This document shows, piece by piece, positions 9,648-19,482 of a stretch of 64,000 nucleotides of DNA. Every line of letters starts with the position of its first letter. The stretch's first letter is position 1. Below the pieces are notes generated by a model that saw nothing but the letters and a program-made list of their open reading frames with translations, ran no database searches and was not told where the DNA came from. The stretch comes from Candidatus Zhuqueibacterota bacterium (GTDB lineage Bacteria; SM23-31; JBHPGK01): positions 8,644 through 72,643 of the forward strand of contig JBHPGK010000001.1 in assembly GCA_042570605.1 (NCBI GenBank), written 5' to 3'. The position numbers and the translations under genes are program-made.

Positions 9648-9655
9648 TTTTACCT

Positions 9656-10216
9656 CTATTTAATATGAATTAAGGATGCATTATCAAACCACACGGTACC
9701 GTTACCCTGATGATACAGGACAAGGTCTAACCGGACGGCTTCGGGTGAGATCCGTTTCTTTACAGAGTATTTTCTCCATGAATTTGAGCCATTAATTGTA
9801 AAATACTCGCTTGTTGATTCAAAATCAATCACATTTCCCCTATGATCAACAGCCTGCAAAATTACGGCTGCAGAACCGATAGTAACATCTACAGTTTTAA
9901 CATAGGCAGAGAATTCCAGTTCTTTACCCTTTGGAAATGTAGTCTGATTCTGGTAATAGTAGGACCTGATATCATCATAATATTCAAGATTTTCAATTTT
10001 TATGCACCTCTGCCCGGAAAATACATTTTCCGCATCAATGCCGGTTATAAATTTTGTCTGGTAGGGATTAGAAACATTCCACCCGGCCGGGGGTTCCGTG
10101 CCTTCTTCAAAATCACCATTAATTAATACATCTTCCTGATACGGTTTATAGATGCTCTTACCACAGAAAGCAGAAACAACAAAAGCAAAAAGAAGCAAAT
10201 ATTTTAAATTTTTCAT
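9656..10216 (-). CDS. Small secreted CBM4/9-like protein, paralog of 6407..6967 (186 aa).
   Basis: It has a signal peptide and INGDFEEG...GWN and GNGTVWFDNASL motifs. It is the same length as its paralog. Confidence 0.5.
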   Translation of the reverse strand: MKNLKYLLLFAFVVSAFCGKSIYKPYQEDVLINGDFEEGTEPPAGWNVSNPYQTKFITGIDAENVFSGQRCIKIENLEYYDDIRSYYYQNQTTFPKGKELEFSAYVKTVDVTIGSAAVILQAVDHRGNVIDFESTSEYFTINGSNSWRKYSVKKRISPEAVRLDLVLYHQGNGTVWFDNASLIHIK

Positions 10217-10377
10217 GAGATTCCCTTAAAAATGATTGGATAGCCAAAATAATATACGATTAAAACTTAATATTTACAATATAGACGATACTACTTGAAG
10301 GAAGTAAAGGAAATTTTTGATTCTTAAGGAAATCAGTTAGGAATGAATGCTTTCATATAAGTAACCAAAGGCTGTGT

Positions 10378-10600
10378 TTGTCATTCCCTTGAAAGTGCGT
10401 GTTTCCCAACTCTATGTTTGAAAGCGTTAAGAGCCAGGAACTGTCATCCTGAACTTGTTTCAGGATCTCATCATACATTTGGAAGATCCTGAAACAAGTT
10501 CAGGATGACATTTTTGGAGTTGGGAAACACTCACGAAAAAGGGAATCCAGGATGGGAGTGGATTTATAATTATGGATTCCCGATTACTCGGGAATGACAC
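10378..10600. repeat. Nested palindromic MITE-like element.
   Basis: tgtcatcctgaacttgtttcaggatc and gatcctgaaacaagttcaggatgaca form a 26-bp inverted repeat. An outer inverted repeat is cgtgtttcccaactc with gagttgggaaacac. Related copies lie at 7415-7475 and 42340-42520. Confidence 0.6.
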
Positions 10601-10786
10601 TTAAGGATTCTGATTCTGTTTTATGTTATAAATGAATTAAAAGTAAAAATTGGCAACAAACTTAAAAAACTTTGAATTTAATAGATATAAAAATTCATAC
10701 AAAAAATATGTATTTTCATAATTTTGACTTCTGTTAAAGATAAAAAGGTTATTACCTGAATACTAAAAAATTGATTTTAGTTTTGA

Positions 10787-12040
10787 TCAGAAATTGATCT
10801 CTCCCTGAGGTGTGATTATTTTTACAAGTTTATATTCTCCATTCTTATACCGGTCAATAAATACATATCGCCGTGATAATTCTCTATAATCCCATATCTG
10901 GTATTTTTCGCCGATTGCTATTCCTTCATCCCGGGTACTAATTTTATCCGGCCTGCCTAATTTTACATATGTTTCTCCCATATCTGATTCCCAACCACGC
11001 TCAAACGCAGTAGAAAATTTCATATTAGCATAGCTTATCCTGTAAAAATATTCTTTCATCAGATCAAAATTCTTATCCTCTTCAGGTTCCATGTTCTTCC
11101 AGTATTCCAAAAATTCCAAACGCTGCCGGTCTTCAGGAAGCTCAAGCAAAGCTTTTTTCTCATCACTTTTTAAAATGTATTTCATATATTCGATACCTTC
11201 AGGAAGACGTACAGCATCAACTGGAAAATTTACCCACAATAAATTGACGGTCTTTTCCAATTTTATATCATCATGCAGTAATTCTAATTTATAACTCCCG
11301 GACTCTATCTCATATCCTGAAAGAAAGACTTTGACCGGAATGATCTTATTTTGTTCGATATTAACAGAATCATAATGAGAAAACAGCGTCTCATCAGGCT
11401 TATAAATTGAGGATATTTTCCATTCAATTATACTGCTTTGAGAAATTTTATTACTAAATATTTCAGCATAAAGTGTCAGTCCCTTTTCGAAATCAACTTT
11501 TATCTCTTTCAGGTCTTTAAAAAAACGGAACTCATCTTCAGATAAAGATTTTCCTTCAAAAGCGACAATTTCAGTAATTGTATATTCCTTATCCCAGTAA
11601 TCTTGAACTTTGATCTTTTCCCTTTTCTGAATAAGTTTTCCGGAATCTTTATTCTTTACTTCCAGAATAAAATCGTATTTAGAGGGTTTTAATTCAAAAT
11701 ATATGTATTCATTTATAAATTTTTCCCGTGAACCTGTTTCTTCGTAACTTTTTACAACGACATTTTCTTCCCAGTATTTACTTTCGATCAATTTTAAATC
11801 CTCATCATATAATTCAACTGAAAATTCATATTTTGACTCAAAAACAGAATCATTTTTGAAAAATTCAAGGTTATTAAAAAATTCCATTATGTAAATTGAA
11901 AGAGATGAGCATCCTTCATTCTCAGAAGGATGCTCAAAAAGCATAACATTAAAAGGCTGTTTGTCTTCCTGAGAGAATATAGTAACCGTCATTGAAAACA
12001 ACAGCGATATTATCAATAATTTTATTGTAAAATTTTTCAT
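10787..12040 (-). CDS. GWxTD domain-containing secreted protein.
   Basis: There is a signal peptide. The C-terminal region has RGWESDMGETYVKLGRPD, which resembles the GWxTD signature (TIGR04514-like). Confidence 0.5.
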   Translation of the reverse strand: MKNFTIKLLIISLLFSMTVTIFSQEDKQPFNVMLFEHPSENEGCSSLSIYIMEFFNNLEFFKNDSVFESKYEFSVELYDEDLKLIESKYWEENVVVKSYEETGSREKFINEYIYFELKPSKYDFILEVKNKDSGKLIQKREKIKVQDYWDKEYTITEIVAFEGKSLSEDEFRFFKDLKEIKVDFEKGLTLYAEIFSNKISQSSIIEWKISSIYKPDETLFSHYDSVNIEQNKIIPVKVFLSGYEIESGSYKLELLHDDIKLEKTVNLLWVNFPVDAVRLPEGIEYMKYILKSDEKKALLELPEDRQRLEFLEYWKNMEPEEDKNFDLMKEYFYRISYANMKFSTAFERGWESDMGETYVKLGRPDKISTRDEGIAIGEKYQIWDYRELSRRYVFIDRYKNGEYKLVKIITPQGEINF

Positions 12041-12120
12041 ATAATTTATTTAATAAATTCAGAGCAAATTATCAACATTTAAATAAATAATCCCGGATAC
12101 CCTCCATTTTCCGCCATATA

Positions 12121-12205
12121 TGTCATTTCGAGAGGAGCCCGAAGGGCGCAACGAGAAATCTTAGATTTTAGATTTCTCTCCCGCTGAGCGGGATTCGAAA
12201 TGACA
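12121..12205. repeat. Palindromic intergenic repeat of the GTCATTYCGAG...CGAAATGACA family.
   Basis: tgtcatttcgag...gagaaatcttagattttagatttctc...cgaaatgacaa has nested inverted repeats. Related motifs are dispersed through the window. Confidence 0.6.
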
Positions 12206-12229
12206 ACTAATATAGAATGCATATATTCT

Positions 12230-12691
12230 TTAAACAATCAAAGCCATAACAATAGCATCTTCCTTATTATCGGAATAATAGGCTTCTTTGGTACCGATGA
12301 CTTTAAAACCAAATTTCTCATATAAATTAATAGCAGGTTTGTTACTTTTCCTCACTTCGAGATAAAAGAAATTTGCCCCAAGCTCTCTGCCCTTTTCAAT
12401 AATAAGTTTCAGTAAATAGCTGCCTATCCCTTTTCTCCTGAAATCCTCTATCACAGCGAAATTTCCAATATGATATTCATTAATTCCTTTCCAGGAAAAA
12501 CAATAAGCGATCATCCTGTTATTATAAATAAGTTTGTAAGAAACAGAATTCGATCGGTGAGCAAGTTCAAACTTTAATGATTCTTTAGACCATGGATTAG
12601 GGAATATTTCCTTCTCCAGATCTGCAAGTTCATCGAGGTCATCTATCGTTAATTTTTCAAGTTTAAGAGAATTCAGGTCGAAATCGCTCAT
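12230..12691 (-). CDS. rimI: Ribosomal-protein-alanine N-acetyltransferase (GNAT).
   Basis: It is a GNAT fold (YLEVRKSNKPAINLYEKFGF) in the conserved rimI-tsaB-tsaE arrangement. Confidence 0.7.
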   Translation of the reverse strand: MSDFDLNSLKLEKLTIDDLDELADLEKEIFPNPWSKESLKFELAHRSNSVSYKLIYNNRMIAYCFSWKGINEYHIGNFAVIEDFRRKGIGSYLLKLIIEKGRELGANFFYLEVRKSNKPAINLYEKFGFKVIGTKEAYYSDNKEDAIVMALIV

Positions 12692-13356
12692 TATACTGGA
12701 AAGCCCCTTAAATATAAAGGTTCTAAAGTGAAAATATCATCTTTTTCACCCCGGTACAATTTTTCATAACCAAGCTTCGCTATAATACCGCTTCTGAGTC
12801 CAATTTGATCAAACGGGATTATTTTAATAAAATCGATCCCTTCAAATTTATCAGATATTTCCTGTTTTAATTTACCAAGTAAAACATTCTGTTCATTAAC
12901 ATTTAATTTCTCTAAAAACGCATCGGTATTATAGATAAAATAATCGGTTTCTTTTTCTATCCTGTTTTCAGCTATTTTAAACCTGCATGTATAAAGTTCA
13001 TCTCGTCTGAACGGTAAAAGTGCCCATACTTTCTCTACACTTCCGGTATACTGCACCGCTAAAGTATCAAGCGTAGGGACACCAATAATCGGAACATTCA
13101 ATCCAAAAGCTATACCTTTTGCTGCGGCAAGTCCAATTCTTAAACCGGTATATGAACCGGGACCGATAGAGACGGCGACCCCTGAAATATTTTCTATATC
13201 CAGGTTCTTTTGGTAAAGCAGATCTTTTAGCTGTTTAAAAATAAGAGCAGAGTGTGCATTTTTCCCGTCTGTATTTTTCTCGGCTATTATCCCCTTTTCA
13301 TCCGCTAATGCCACACCGCAGATATCAAGAGCTGTTTCTATTCCTAAAATGATCAT
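12691..13356 (-). CDS. tsaB: tRNA threonylcarbamoyladenosine biosynthesis protein TsaB.
   Basis: MIILGIETALDICGVALA is a YeaZ-type N-terminus. Its start and stop overlap the flanking rimI and tsaE. Confidence 0.85.
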   Translation of the reverse strand: MIILGIETALDICGVALADEKGIIAEKNTDGKNAHSALIFKQLKDLLYQKNLDIENISGVAVSIGPGSYTGLRIGLAAAKGIAFGLNVPIIGVPTLDTLAVQYTGSVEKVWALLPFRRDELYTCRFKIAENRIEKETDYFIYNTDAFLEKLNVNEQNVLLGKLKQEISDKFEGIDFIKIIPFDQIGLRSGIIAKLGYEKLYRGEKDDIFTLEPLYLRGFPV

Positions 13357-13772
13357 GTAAAATCGATCCTGATATTTCGCCAGTTTATATTATTTTTATC
13401 ATATTCAATAAATATATTTTTCGTCTGTTCAGGCAGAAAAATCTGGGCTATATCCGGCCATTCAAGCAGGCAGATACCATCACTGAAGAAGAACTCATCT
13501 ACACCCAGATTAAAGACTTCATCTGAAGTTTTCAACCGGTAAAAATCAAAATGATATATTTTAATTTTTCCCGTATATTCATTGATCAATGTAAAAGACG
13601 GGCTGCTCACGATCCCATCATACCCGAGCCCCCGGCAAATTCCTCTGATCAGCGTCGTTTTACCTGCCCCAAGTTCACCATAAACAGAAACGACATCGCC
13701 TTTTTTGATTTTTTGTGAGATCTTTTTCCCGAACTCGATAGTCTCTTCAGCGCATTTCAACTTTGCCGTCAA
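13353..13772 (-). CDS. tsaE: tRNA threonylcarbamoyladenosine biosynthesis ATPase TsaE.
   Basis: It has a GELGAGKTTLIRGI P-loop. YjeE-like size. Confidence 0.85.
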   Translation of the reverse strand: MTAKLKCAEETIEFGKKISQKIKKGDVVSVYGELGAGKTTLIRGICRGLGYDGIVSSPSFTLINEYTGKIKIYHFDFYRLKTSDEVFNLGVDEFFFSDGICLLEWPDIAQIFLPEQTKNIFIEYDKNNINWRNIRIDFT

Positions 13773-15356
13773 TTAGCCTTTCCCCTCCAGGCGCACTACA
13801 GGCAGGATCATCTCCTCCATCGAAATACCGCCGTGTTGAAAACTGTCTTTATACATATTTACAAATTTATGATAATTGGTAGGATAAACAAGAAAATTTT
13901 CCTCTTTTGCCAATACATAATTACAGTGAACCCCTACTACCGGAAGTTTATAATCTTCAGGATTTTTAATGATCAGAGTATCTTTTAATTCTGAATTAAG
14001 ATTCCTGCCAACTTTATACCTCAAATTAGTAGATGTATCTTTGTCACCTTTTATTTGTGAAGGTTTTGAAACACGGATACTTCCGTGATCAGTTGTTAAA
14101 ATTACGATCGATTTTGACTTTGAAATGCTTTTCAGTATATTAAACAAATGAGAATGTAAGAACCACGATGAGGTTAAAGATCTGAATGCCGCCTCATCAG
14201 GCACGATCTGCTGTAAGATTTCGGATTCACTTCTTTTATGAGTTAAATTATCCACGAAATTGAACACTAACGAAGTAAGAGGTGTTTTCAGGTAATTATT
14301 AATGTTGTTTTCAATCGTTTCAAGCTCTCTTTTCTCAAGGATCTTGAAGTATTTCGGTTCAATATCAAATTTTACTCCCCTTCGGGCAAGATGTTTTTCA
14401 AGGAACTCTTTTTCAAACCGGTTTCTGCTCGATTCATCCAGTTCTCCGCTTCTCCATAGATCGGGAAACTGTCTTTCTATTTCTCTGGGGTATAAACCGC
14501 TGAAAATTGAATTCCTTGAATAAGGTGTGGCAGACGGGAGGATGGAATAATAATATTCCTTTTTAATATTAAAATAATCGTAAAGAATGGATTCCAGGGA
14601 AAGCCACTGGTCAAGCCTCAAACAGTCGATAATAATAAAAAAGACATTTTTTCCGTCCTGCAGCTCGGGGATAACATATTTCGACACTATATCTGTCGAT
14701 AGAACAGGTCTATCGCTGCTGTGAATCCAGTTCCTGTAATTTTTTTCTATATATTTTGAGAATTCAATATTGCATTCTCTTATCTGATCTTTAAGAGACT
14801 GTTCCAGTCCCAGGTCGGGGAATTTATCGAGTTCCACCCACCATTCAGCAAGTTTCGCCCAGATTTCTATCCATTCATCATACGTCGGTCCCATGTTCAG
14901 TAATTGTGAAATGCGGACAAATTCAGATGTATAATCTTTCGATATCCTGGCACTTTCTATTTCTTTTGTCTCAAGTATCCTTTTTATTGTAAGAAGTATC
15001 TGGCTTGGATTAACAGGTTTGGTTAAATAATCATCAATTTTACCGCCGATTGCATCTTCCATCAATGTCTCTTCTTCATTTTTTGTAATCATTATTACAG
15101 GCAGCGCTGGATTATATTCCTTGATTTCCGATAATGTCTGAAGTCCGTCTTTACCGGGCATCATTTCATCTAATAACACAAGATCAAATTTTTCCATTCG
15201 TGAGAGAATTACCGCATCCTCACCGTTAGAAACGGTTTTCATGGTAAATCCTTTGTTTTCAAGAAAAATAACATGAGGTTTCAGAAGATCGATCTCATCA
15301 TCCGCCCATAAAATTTTCCCTTTACTTCTTTCCATAAAACACCTCTTAATGTTCAA
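13773..15356 (-). CDS. porX: PorX-like response regulator: CheY-like receiver fused to a PglZ (alkaline-phosphatase-like) domain.
   Basis: The N-terminal receiver is ILWADDEIDLL...LVLLDEMMPGKDG. The C-terminal PglZ-like region has TTDHGS and HGGISMEEMILP. Its 527 aa match PorX architecture. Confidence 0.65.
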   Translation of the reverse strand: MNIKRCFMERSKGKILWADDEIDLLKPHVIFLENKGFTMKTVSNGEDAVILSRMEKFDLVLLDEMMPGKDGLQTLSEIKEYNPALPVIMITKNEEETLMEDAIGGKIDDYLTKPVNPSQILLTIKRILETKEIESARISKDYTSEFVRISQLLNMGPTYDEWIEIWAKLAEWWVELDKFPDLGLEQSLKDQIRECNIEFSKYIEKNYRNWIHSSDRPVLSTDIVSKYVIPELQDGKNVFFIIIDCLRLDQWLSLESILYDYFNIKKEYYYSILPSATPYSRNSIFSGLYPREIERQFPDLWRSGELDESSRNRFEKEFLEKHLARRGVKFDIEPKYFKILEKRELETIENNINNYLKTPLTSLVFNFVDNLTHKRSESEILQQIVPDEAAFRSLTSSWFLHSHLFNILKSISKSKSIVILTTDHGSIRVSKPSQIKGDKDTSTNLRYKVGRNLNSELKDTLIIKNPEDYKLPVVGVHCNYVLAKEENFLVYPTNYHKFVNMYKDSFQHGGISMEEMILPVVRLEGKG

Positions 15357-15362
15357 ATAAAA

Positions 15363-16043
15363 TCAGCTGTTCATCCTCCTGATCTCGTTAACAAACCTGT
15401 GGGCTTCCCTGACAGGTTCAGATAACCGGTACTTCTTTATTGTTTTTTTTACTATCTCAAGACTTTTATCAAAGTCGACTTTATGTCCCGGTGATATATA
15501 TATCGGTTTTACTTTCGCCCTGCTTCTGAAAACAATCCCTACTTTTTTTTCTTTATAGATCAAATCGCAGCTGGAACCATAATTTTCTTTTAATTCGGCG
15601 TGCTCGCCCACCAGTTTTTTTTTAGCCACTCCGACTGCCGGCAGATCAAGAAGCACCCCTACATGTGATGCAAGTCCGAATCCCCGTGGATGAGCGATCC
15701 CGTGTCCGTCACAAATTACTACGTCCGGAACGTTTGTTAATTTCTCAAATGATCTCATTAAAACCGGGGCTTCCCTGAAGCTTAAATACCCCGGAACATA
15801 AGGGAAATTTGCCTTATCAATACAATAGGCTTTTTCTACAACTTTCAGAGTATCAAGTTCCATGACAACCACAGCAGAATATAAAAGATCCGATCCCCGG
15901 GAATATGAAACATCTGCACCTGCAACAGTATTTATATTTTCGCACCTGTTTTCAATGATCAAATATTTTTCTCTCAAAGATTCCTGTATCTTTTTAGCTT
16001 CACTGACGGTAATTTCCCATTTATGAAACTGTTTGATCTTCAT
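15363..16043 (-). CDS. nfi: Endonuclease V (deoxyinosine 3' endonuclease).
   Basis: VAGADVSY...PYVPGYLSFREAPVL...ICDGHGIAHPRGFGLASHVG motifs are present. Confidence 0.85.
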   Translation of the reverse strand: MKIKQFHKWEITVSEAKKIQESLREKYLIIENRCENINTVAGADVSYSRGSDLLYSAVVVMELDTLKVVEKAYCIDKANFPYVPGYLSFREAPVLMRSFEKLTNVPDVVICDGHGIAHPRGFGLASHVGVLLDLPAVGVAKKKLVGEHAELKENYGSSCDLIYKEKKVGIVFRSRAKVKPIYISPGHKVDFDKSLEIVKKTIKKYRLSEPVREAHRFVNEIRRMNS

Positions 16044-16066
16044 AAACTAAAATTTAAACTATTTTT

Positions 16067-16435
16067 TCAACCTAAAAGTTTCTTTACTTCCTTCACCAGC
16101 CGGTTTATATGAACAGGTTTGGCAAAAAATTTCGAGACACCGAGCTTTTTCAGATCAAATACCCTTTCTCTGTTCAAAGTAGATGACAAAACAAAAACAG
16201 GTACGTCCTTGTTAAAGACCCTTATAAGTTTCATGGTCTGCTGTCCATCCATAACCGGCATCATATAGTCTATAATAATAAGGCTTATCTCCTGGTCCGT
16301 TTCATTCAGGAATTGTATTCCTTCCTTTCCGTTACGGCACAAAATGCAATCATACTTCTTTTCAAATTTTTTCAGCAGGAGAATCCGAATTGGTTTTGTA
16401 TCATCTATAATAAGAATTTTCTTTAGCTCAGGCAT
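16067..16435 (-). CDS. Single-domain response regulator (CheY-like receiver).
   Basis: ILIIDD...IIIDYMMPVMDG receiver motifs are present. It is 122 aa. Confidence 0.7.
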   Translation of the reverse strand: MPELKKILIIDDTKPIRILLLKKFEKKYDCILCRNGKEGIQFLNETDQEISLIIIDYMMPVMDGQQTMKLIRVFNKDVPVFVLSSTLNRERVFDLKKLGVSKFFAKPVHINRLVKEVKKLLG

Positions 16436-18606
16436 TCCCGGATTCTCTCTTTTAAAGAAGTATATCTCTGAGAAACTTTATTATTGTTTATGGCAATATT
16501 CAGAGCTTTATAAGTACCGATCATAATAATAACTTTTTTGGCTCTTGTTACCGCAGTATAAAGCAGATTCCTCTGGAGCATTATATAGTGCTGCGTTGTA
16601 AAAGGAATTATAACGTAATCATATTCGCTCCCCTGGCTTTTATGGACTGTGATCGCATAAGCAAGGGTGATTTCATCCAGCTCTTTGAACTCATAGACTA
16701 TTTCTTTACTTTCAAAGCCTATAAGTAATCTTGATTCCTCAAGATCAACCGCTTTAATTATTCCGATGTCCCCGTTATAAATATCCTTATCATAATTATT
16801 CCTGGTTTGTAATACCTTATCGCCAACCTTATACAGACTGTTTCCCCGCTTAATGCCGGCTCTTCTGGTGTTCAAAGACTCTTGAAGAACATTATTGAGG
16901 TTTATCGCACCGATCTCCCCTTTATGCATAGGCGTTAAGATCTGGATATCATTAAGAGGATCACAGCCGTATTTCCCCGGAAGCCTTACTTTGCAGAGTT
17001 CTTTAATTCGCTCAACGATCATTTCCGGAGACTCTTCATAAATAAAGAAAAAATTCTCATCGTTTTTATTATCTATATGGATTTTGTCTCCGCTGTTTAT
17101 CCGGTGTGCATTTAATATAATACTGTTCATACTCTCCTGGCGGAATACTTCATCAAGATGCGTGAGCTCAATTTTATCGGAACTAAGCAGGTCCTTTAGT
17201 ACATTTCCCGGGCCAACGGATGGAAGCTGGTCATCATCACCTACCAGGATAAGCCTCGTGTCAAGGCTAATACCCTTTAAAAGACTCTTAAAAATAAAAA
17301 CGTCCATCATTGAACTTTCATCAACTATTACAACATCCTCAGGTATGGGATTTGATTCGTCCCGTGAAAATTCACCGCTTCGGGGAGTATATACCAGAAG
17401 CCTGTGTATTGTCTTGGCAGGTATACCGCAGGTCTCCTCCATTCTTTTGGCGGCTCTTCCGGTAGGAGCACACAAAGTAACCTTTAATTTCATCTTTCGG
17501 AACAGCTCGATTATGCCGTTTATTATTGTAGTTTTACCTGTTCCGGGACCACCGGTTAAAATAAATATCTTATTATTGACCGCTTTTTTTATCGCTTCTT
17601 TCTGTTTTACCGCAAACTTGATCCCCATCTTAAGTTCAATGTTTGGAATTTCCCCGTCAAGAACTGCAGTGTCTATTTTTTTGAATGGAACGGATAATAT
17701 CCTCTGAATTTTATTCGCAATATATGTTTCCGCTTCATAGTGTGATATCAGAAATACATTATCATTTTCAATAATGATCCTTTTATCCTTCAGAAGTTCA
17801 TTTATTCCTTCTTCAAGTTTTTCCGGATTTATGCTTAAAAGTTCTTCCGCATTTTCCAGTAATATATTTTTCGGCAGGAACACATGTCCTTCTTCCGAAG
17901 CGGAATCAAGCAGATAGACCAGAGCGGCTTTTACACGGTTTATTGAATCCCTTTCTTCACCCAGTTTCTCTGCAATGCTGTCGGCTGATTTAAATCCAAT
18001 CCCCTTAATATCATATATTAACTGATAAGGATTTGAATTAACAACTTCTATTGAATTAAGGCCGTATCTGTCAAATATCTTTAAAGCGAAACTGATACCG
18101 ATATTATGGGACTGCAGGAAAATGATTATATCTTTTAGTGACTTATATTCATCCCATCCTTTGGATATCTGCTCCAGTTTTACTTTCCCGATCTTGTCAA
18201 CTTCAAGGAGTCTTTTTGGTTTTTTATCAATTATCTCAAGTGTATCCTTACCGAAATGACTTACTATGGCTTCTGCGGTCTTCGGACCGATATATTTAAT
18301 AAGACCGGAACCCAAAAATTTCTCTATTCCATCTGTAGACATCGGGGTAATAGATTCATAATCAATTATTTCGATCTGAGGACCGAATTTTTTGTGAACA
18401 GTCCACTCTCCTCTCAACTTTATGGATTCGCCAATATTTAAGGAGGGCAGATTTCCGGTAATGGTGTGAATTTCTCTGGTTTCTGTATCTTTGATTTTTG
18501 CGACGGTATATCCGTTTTCAGGATTTTGAAAGAGGATTTTCTCAACAACACCTTTTAAAGAGAACTCTCCGGATTTTTTATCTTCAAATAGATTTTCATT
18601 TTTCAT
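16423..18606 (-). CDS. recD2: RecD2-like SF1B ATP-dependent DNA helicase.
   Basis: There is a Walker A motif (LTGGPGTGKTT), TLCAPTGRAAKRM and LILVGDDDQLPSVGPG. It has an N-terminal OB/HhH region and is 727 aa. Confidence 0.8.
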   Translation of the reverse strand: MKNENLFEDKKSGEFSLKGVVEKILFQNPENGYTVAKIKDTETREIHTITGNLPSLNIGESIKLRGEWTVHKKFGPQIEIIDYESITPMSTDGIEKFLGSGLIKYIGPKTAEAIVSHFGKDTLEIIDKKPKRLLEVDKIGKVKLEQISKGWDEYKSLKDIIIFLQSHNIGISFALKIFDRYGLNSIEVVNSNPYQLIYDIKGIGFKSADSIAEKLGEERDSINRVKAALVYLLDSASEEGHVFLPKNILLENAEELLSINPEKLEEGINELLKDKRIIIENDNVFLISHYEAETYIANKIQRILSVPFKKIDTAVLDGEIPNIELKMGIKFAVKQKEAIKKAVNNKIFILTGGPGTGKTTIINGIIELFRKMKLKVTLCAPTGRAAKRMEETCGIPAKTIHRLLVYTPRSGEFSRDESNPIPEDVVIVDESSMMDVFIFKSLLKGISLDTRLILVGDDDQLPSVGPGNVLKDLLSSDKIELTHLDEVFRQESMNSIILNAHRINSGDKIHIDNKNDENFFFIYEESPEMIVERIKELCKVRLPGKYGCDPLNDIQILTPMHKGEIGAINLNNVLQESLNTRRAGIKRGNSLYKVGDKVLQTRNNYDKDIYNGDIGIIKAVDLEESRLLIGFESKEIVYEFKELDEITLAYAITVHKSQGSEYDYVIIPFTTQHYIMLQRNLLYTAVTRAKKVIIMIGTYKALNIAINNNKVSQRYTSLKERIRECLS

Positions 18607-18609
18607 AAA

Positions 18610-19482
18610 TCATAAATTTATTTCCATGCCTTCAACAGCGCCCACGAGTTCATAGTTATTATTCTTCTCATCGATAGTCTTTTTTATTTTCGCTATTCTG
18701 GCATCCAATTGTTTATCGGTATGTTCAGGATCGTAATGGAAAAACGCCAGCTTTTTTACTTCTGCCTGCTGGGCTACTGAGTTTGTAAATTCCATAGTTC
18801 CATGTCCCCAACTGACCTTTCTCTCATATTCTTCCTCAGTATACTGCCCCTCCATCAACAACAGATCCACTCCTTTAATAAATTTAATAAATTTCTCTTC
18901 AAAAAACTGAACCCACGGCACTGTAGGATCCCATTTATCTCTCATGGTACCGCTGTAAGGTTCATTGTCAGATACGTATGCAATTGAATTATTTTTTGTA
19001 TCCAGTCTGAAACCCACTGTAATACCCGGATGATTGAGAAAGAAGAACGTCAATTCAAAAGGACCAATATTTACTTTATCGTTAAGTTCCACAAAATTTA
19101 TATGCGACCGGAAAATCGAAAAATCGACTGGAAAATAATTAGTGTCCATCTGTCCCTTTATGATCTTCTCAAAATCCATATCAATTCCCCGAACACCGTA
19201 AAAATTTATTTTATTTCCCGGTATATATGCCGGCTGAAAGAAAGGTATCCCATGAATATGGTCCCAGTGGGTATGGCTGATCAATATATGCAGCTCAAGT
19301 TTTTTATCCTTAAACTCTTTGACCAGAGACCTGCCTAATTCTCTGATTCCTGTTCCGGCATCGATAATAATAATAGTATCTTTTTCTCTGACTTCGATGC
19401 ATGAAGTGTTACCACCGTATTTTAAAGTGGATTTACCCGGTACAGGAGCAGAACCTCTGGTGCCCCAGAATTTAATTTTCAC
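18610..19482 (-). CDS. MBL-fold metallo-hydrolase.
   Basis: HTHWDHIHG is the HxHxDH motif. Confidence 0.7.
   Translation of the reverse strand: MKIKFWGTRGSAPVPGKSTLKYGGNTSCIEVREKDTIIIIDAGTGIRELGRSLVKEFKDKKLELHILISHTHWDHIHGIPFFQPAYIPGNKINFYGVRGIDMDFEKIIKGQMDTNYFPVDFSIFRSHINFVELNDKVNIGPFELTFFFLNHPGITVGFRLDTKNNSIAYVSDNEPYSGTMRDKWDPTVPWVQFFEEKFIKFIKGVDLLLMEGQYTEEEYERKVSWGHGTMEFTNSVAQQAEVKKLAFFHYDPEHTDKQLDARIAKIKKTIDEKNNNYELVGAVEGMEINL

Noticed and set aside
12185-12205. tRNA-like GGGATTCGAA T-arm-like string.
   Set aside because: It is part of the palindromic repeat. There is no acceptor, D or anticodon stem context.
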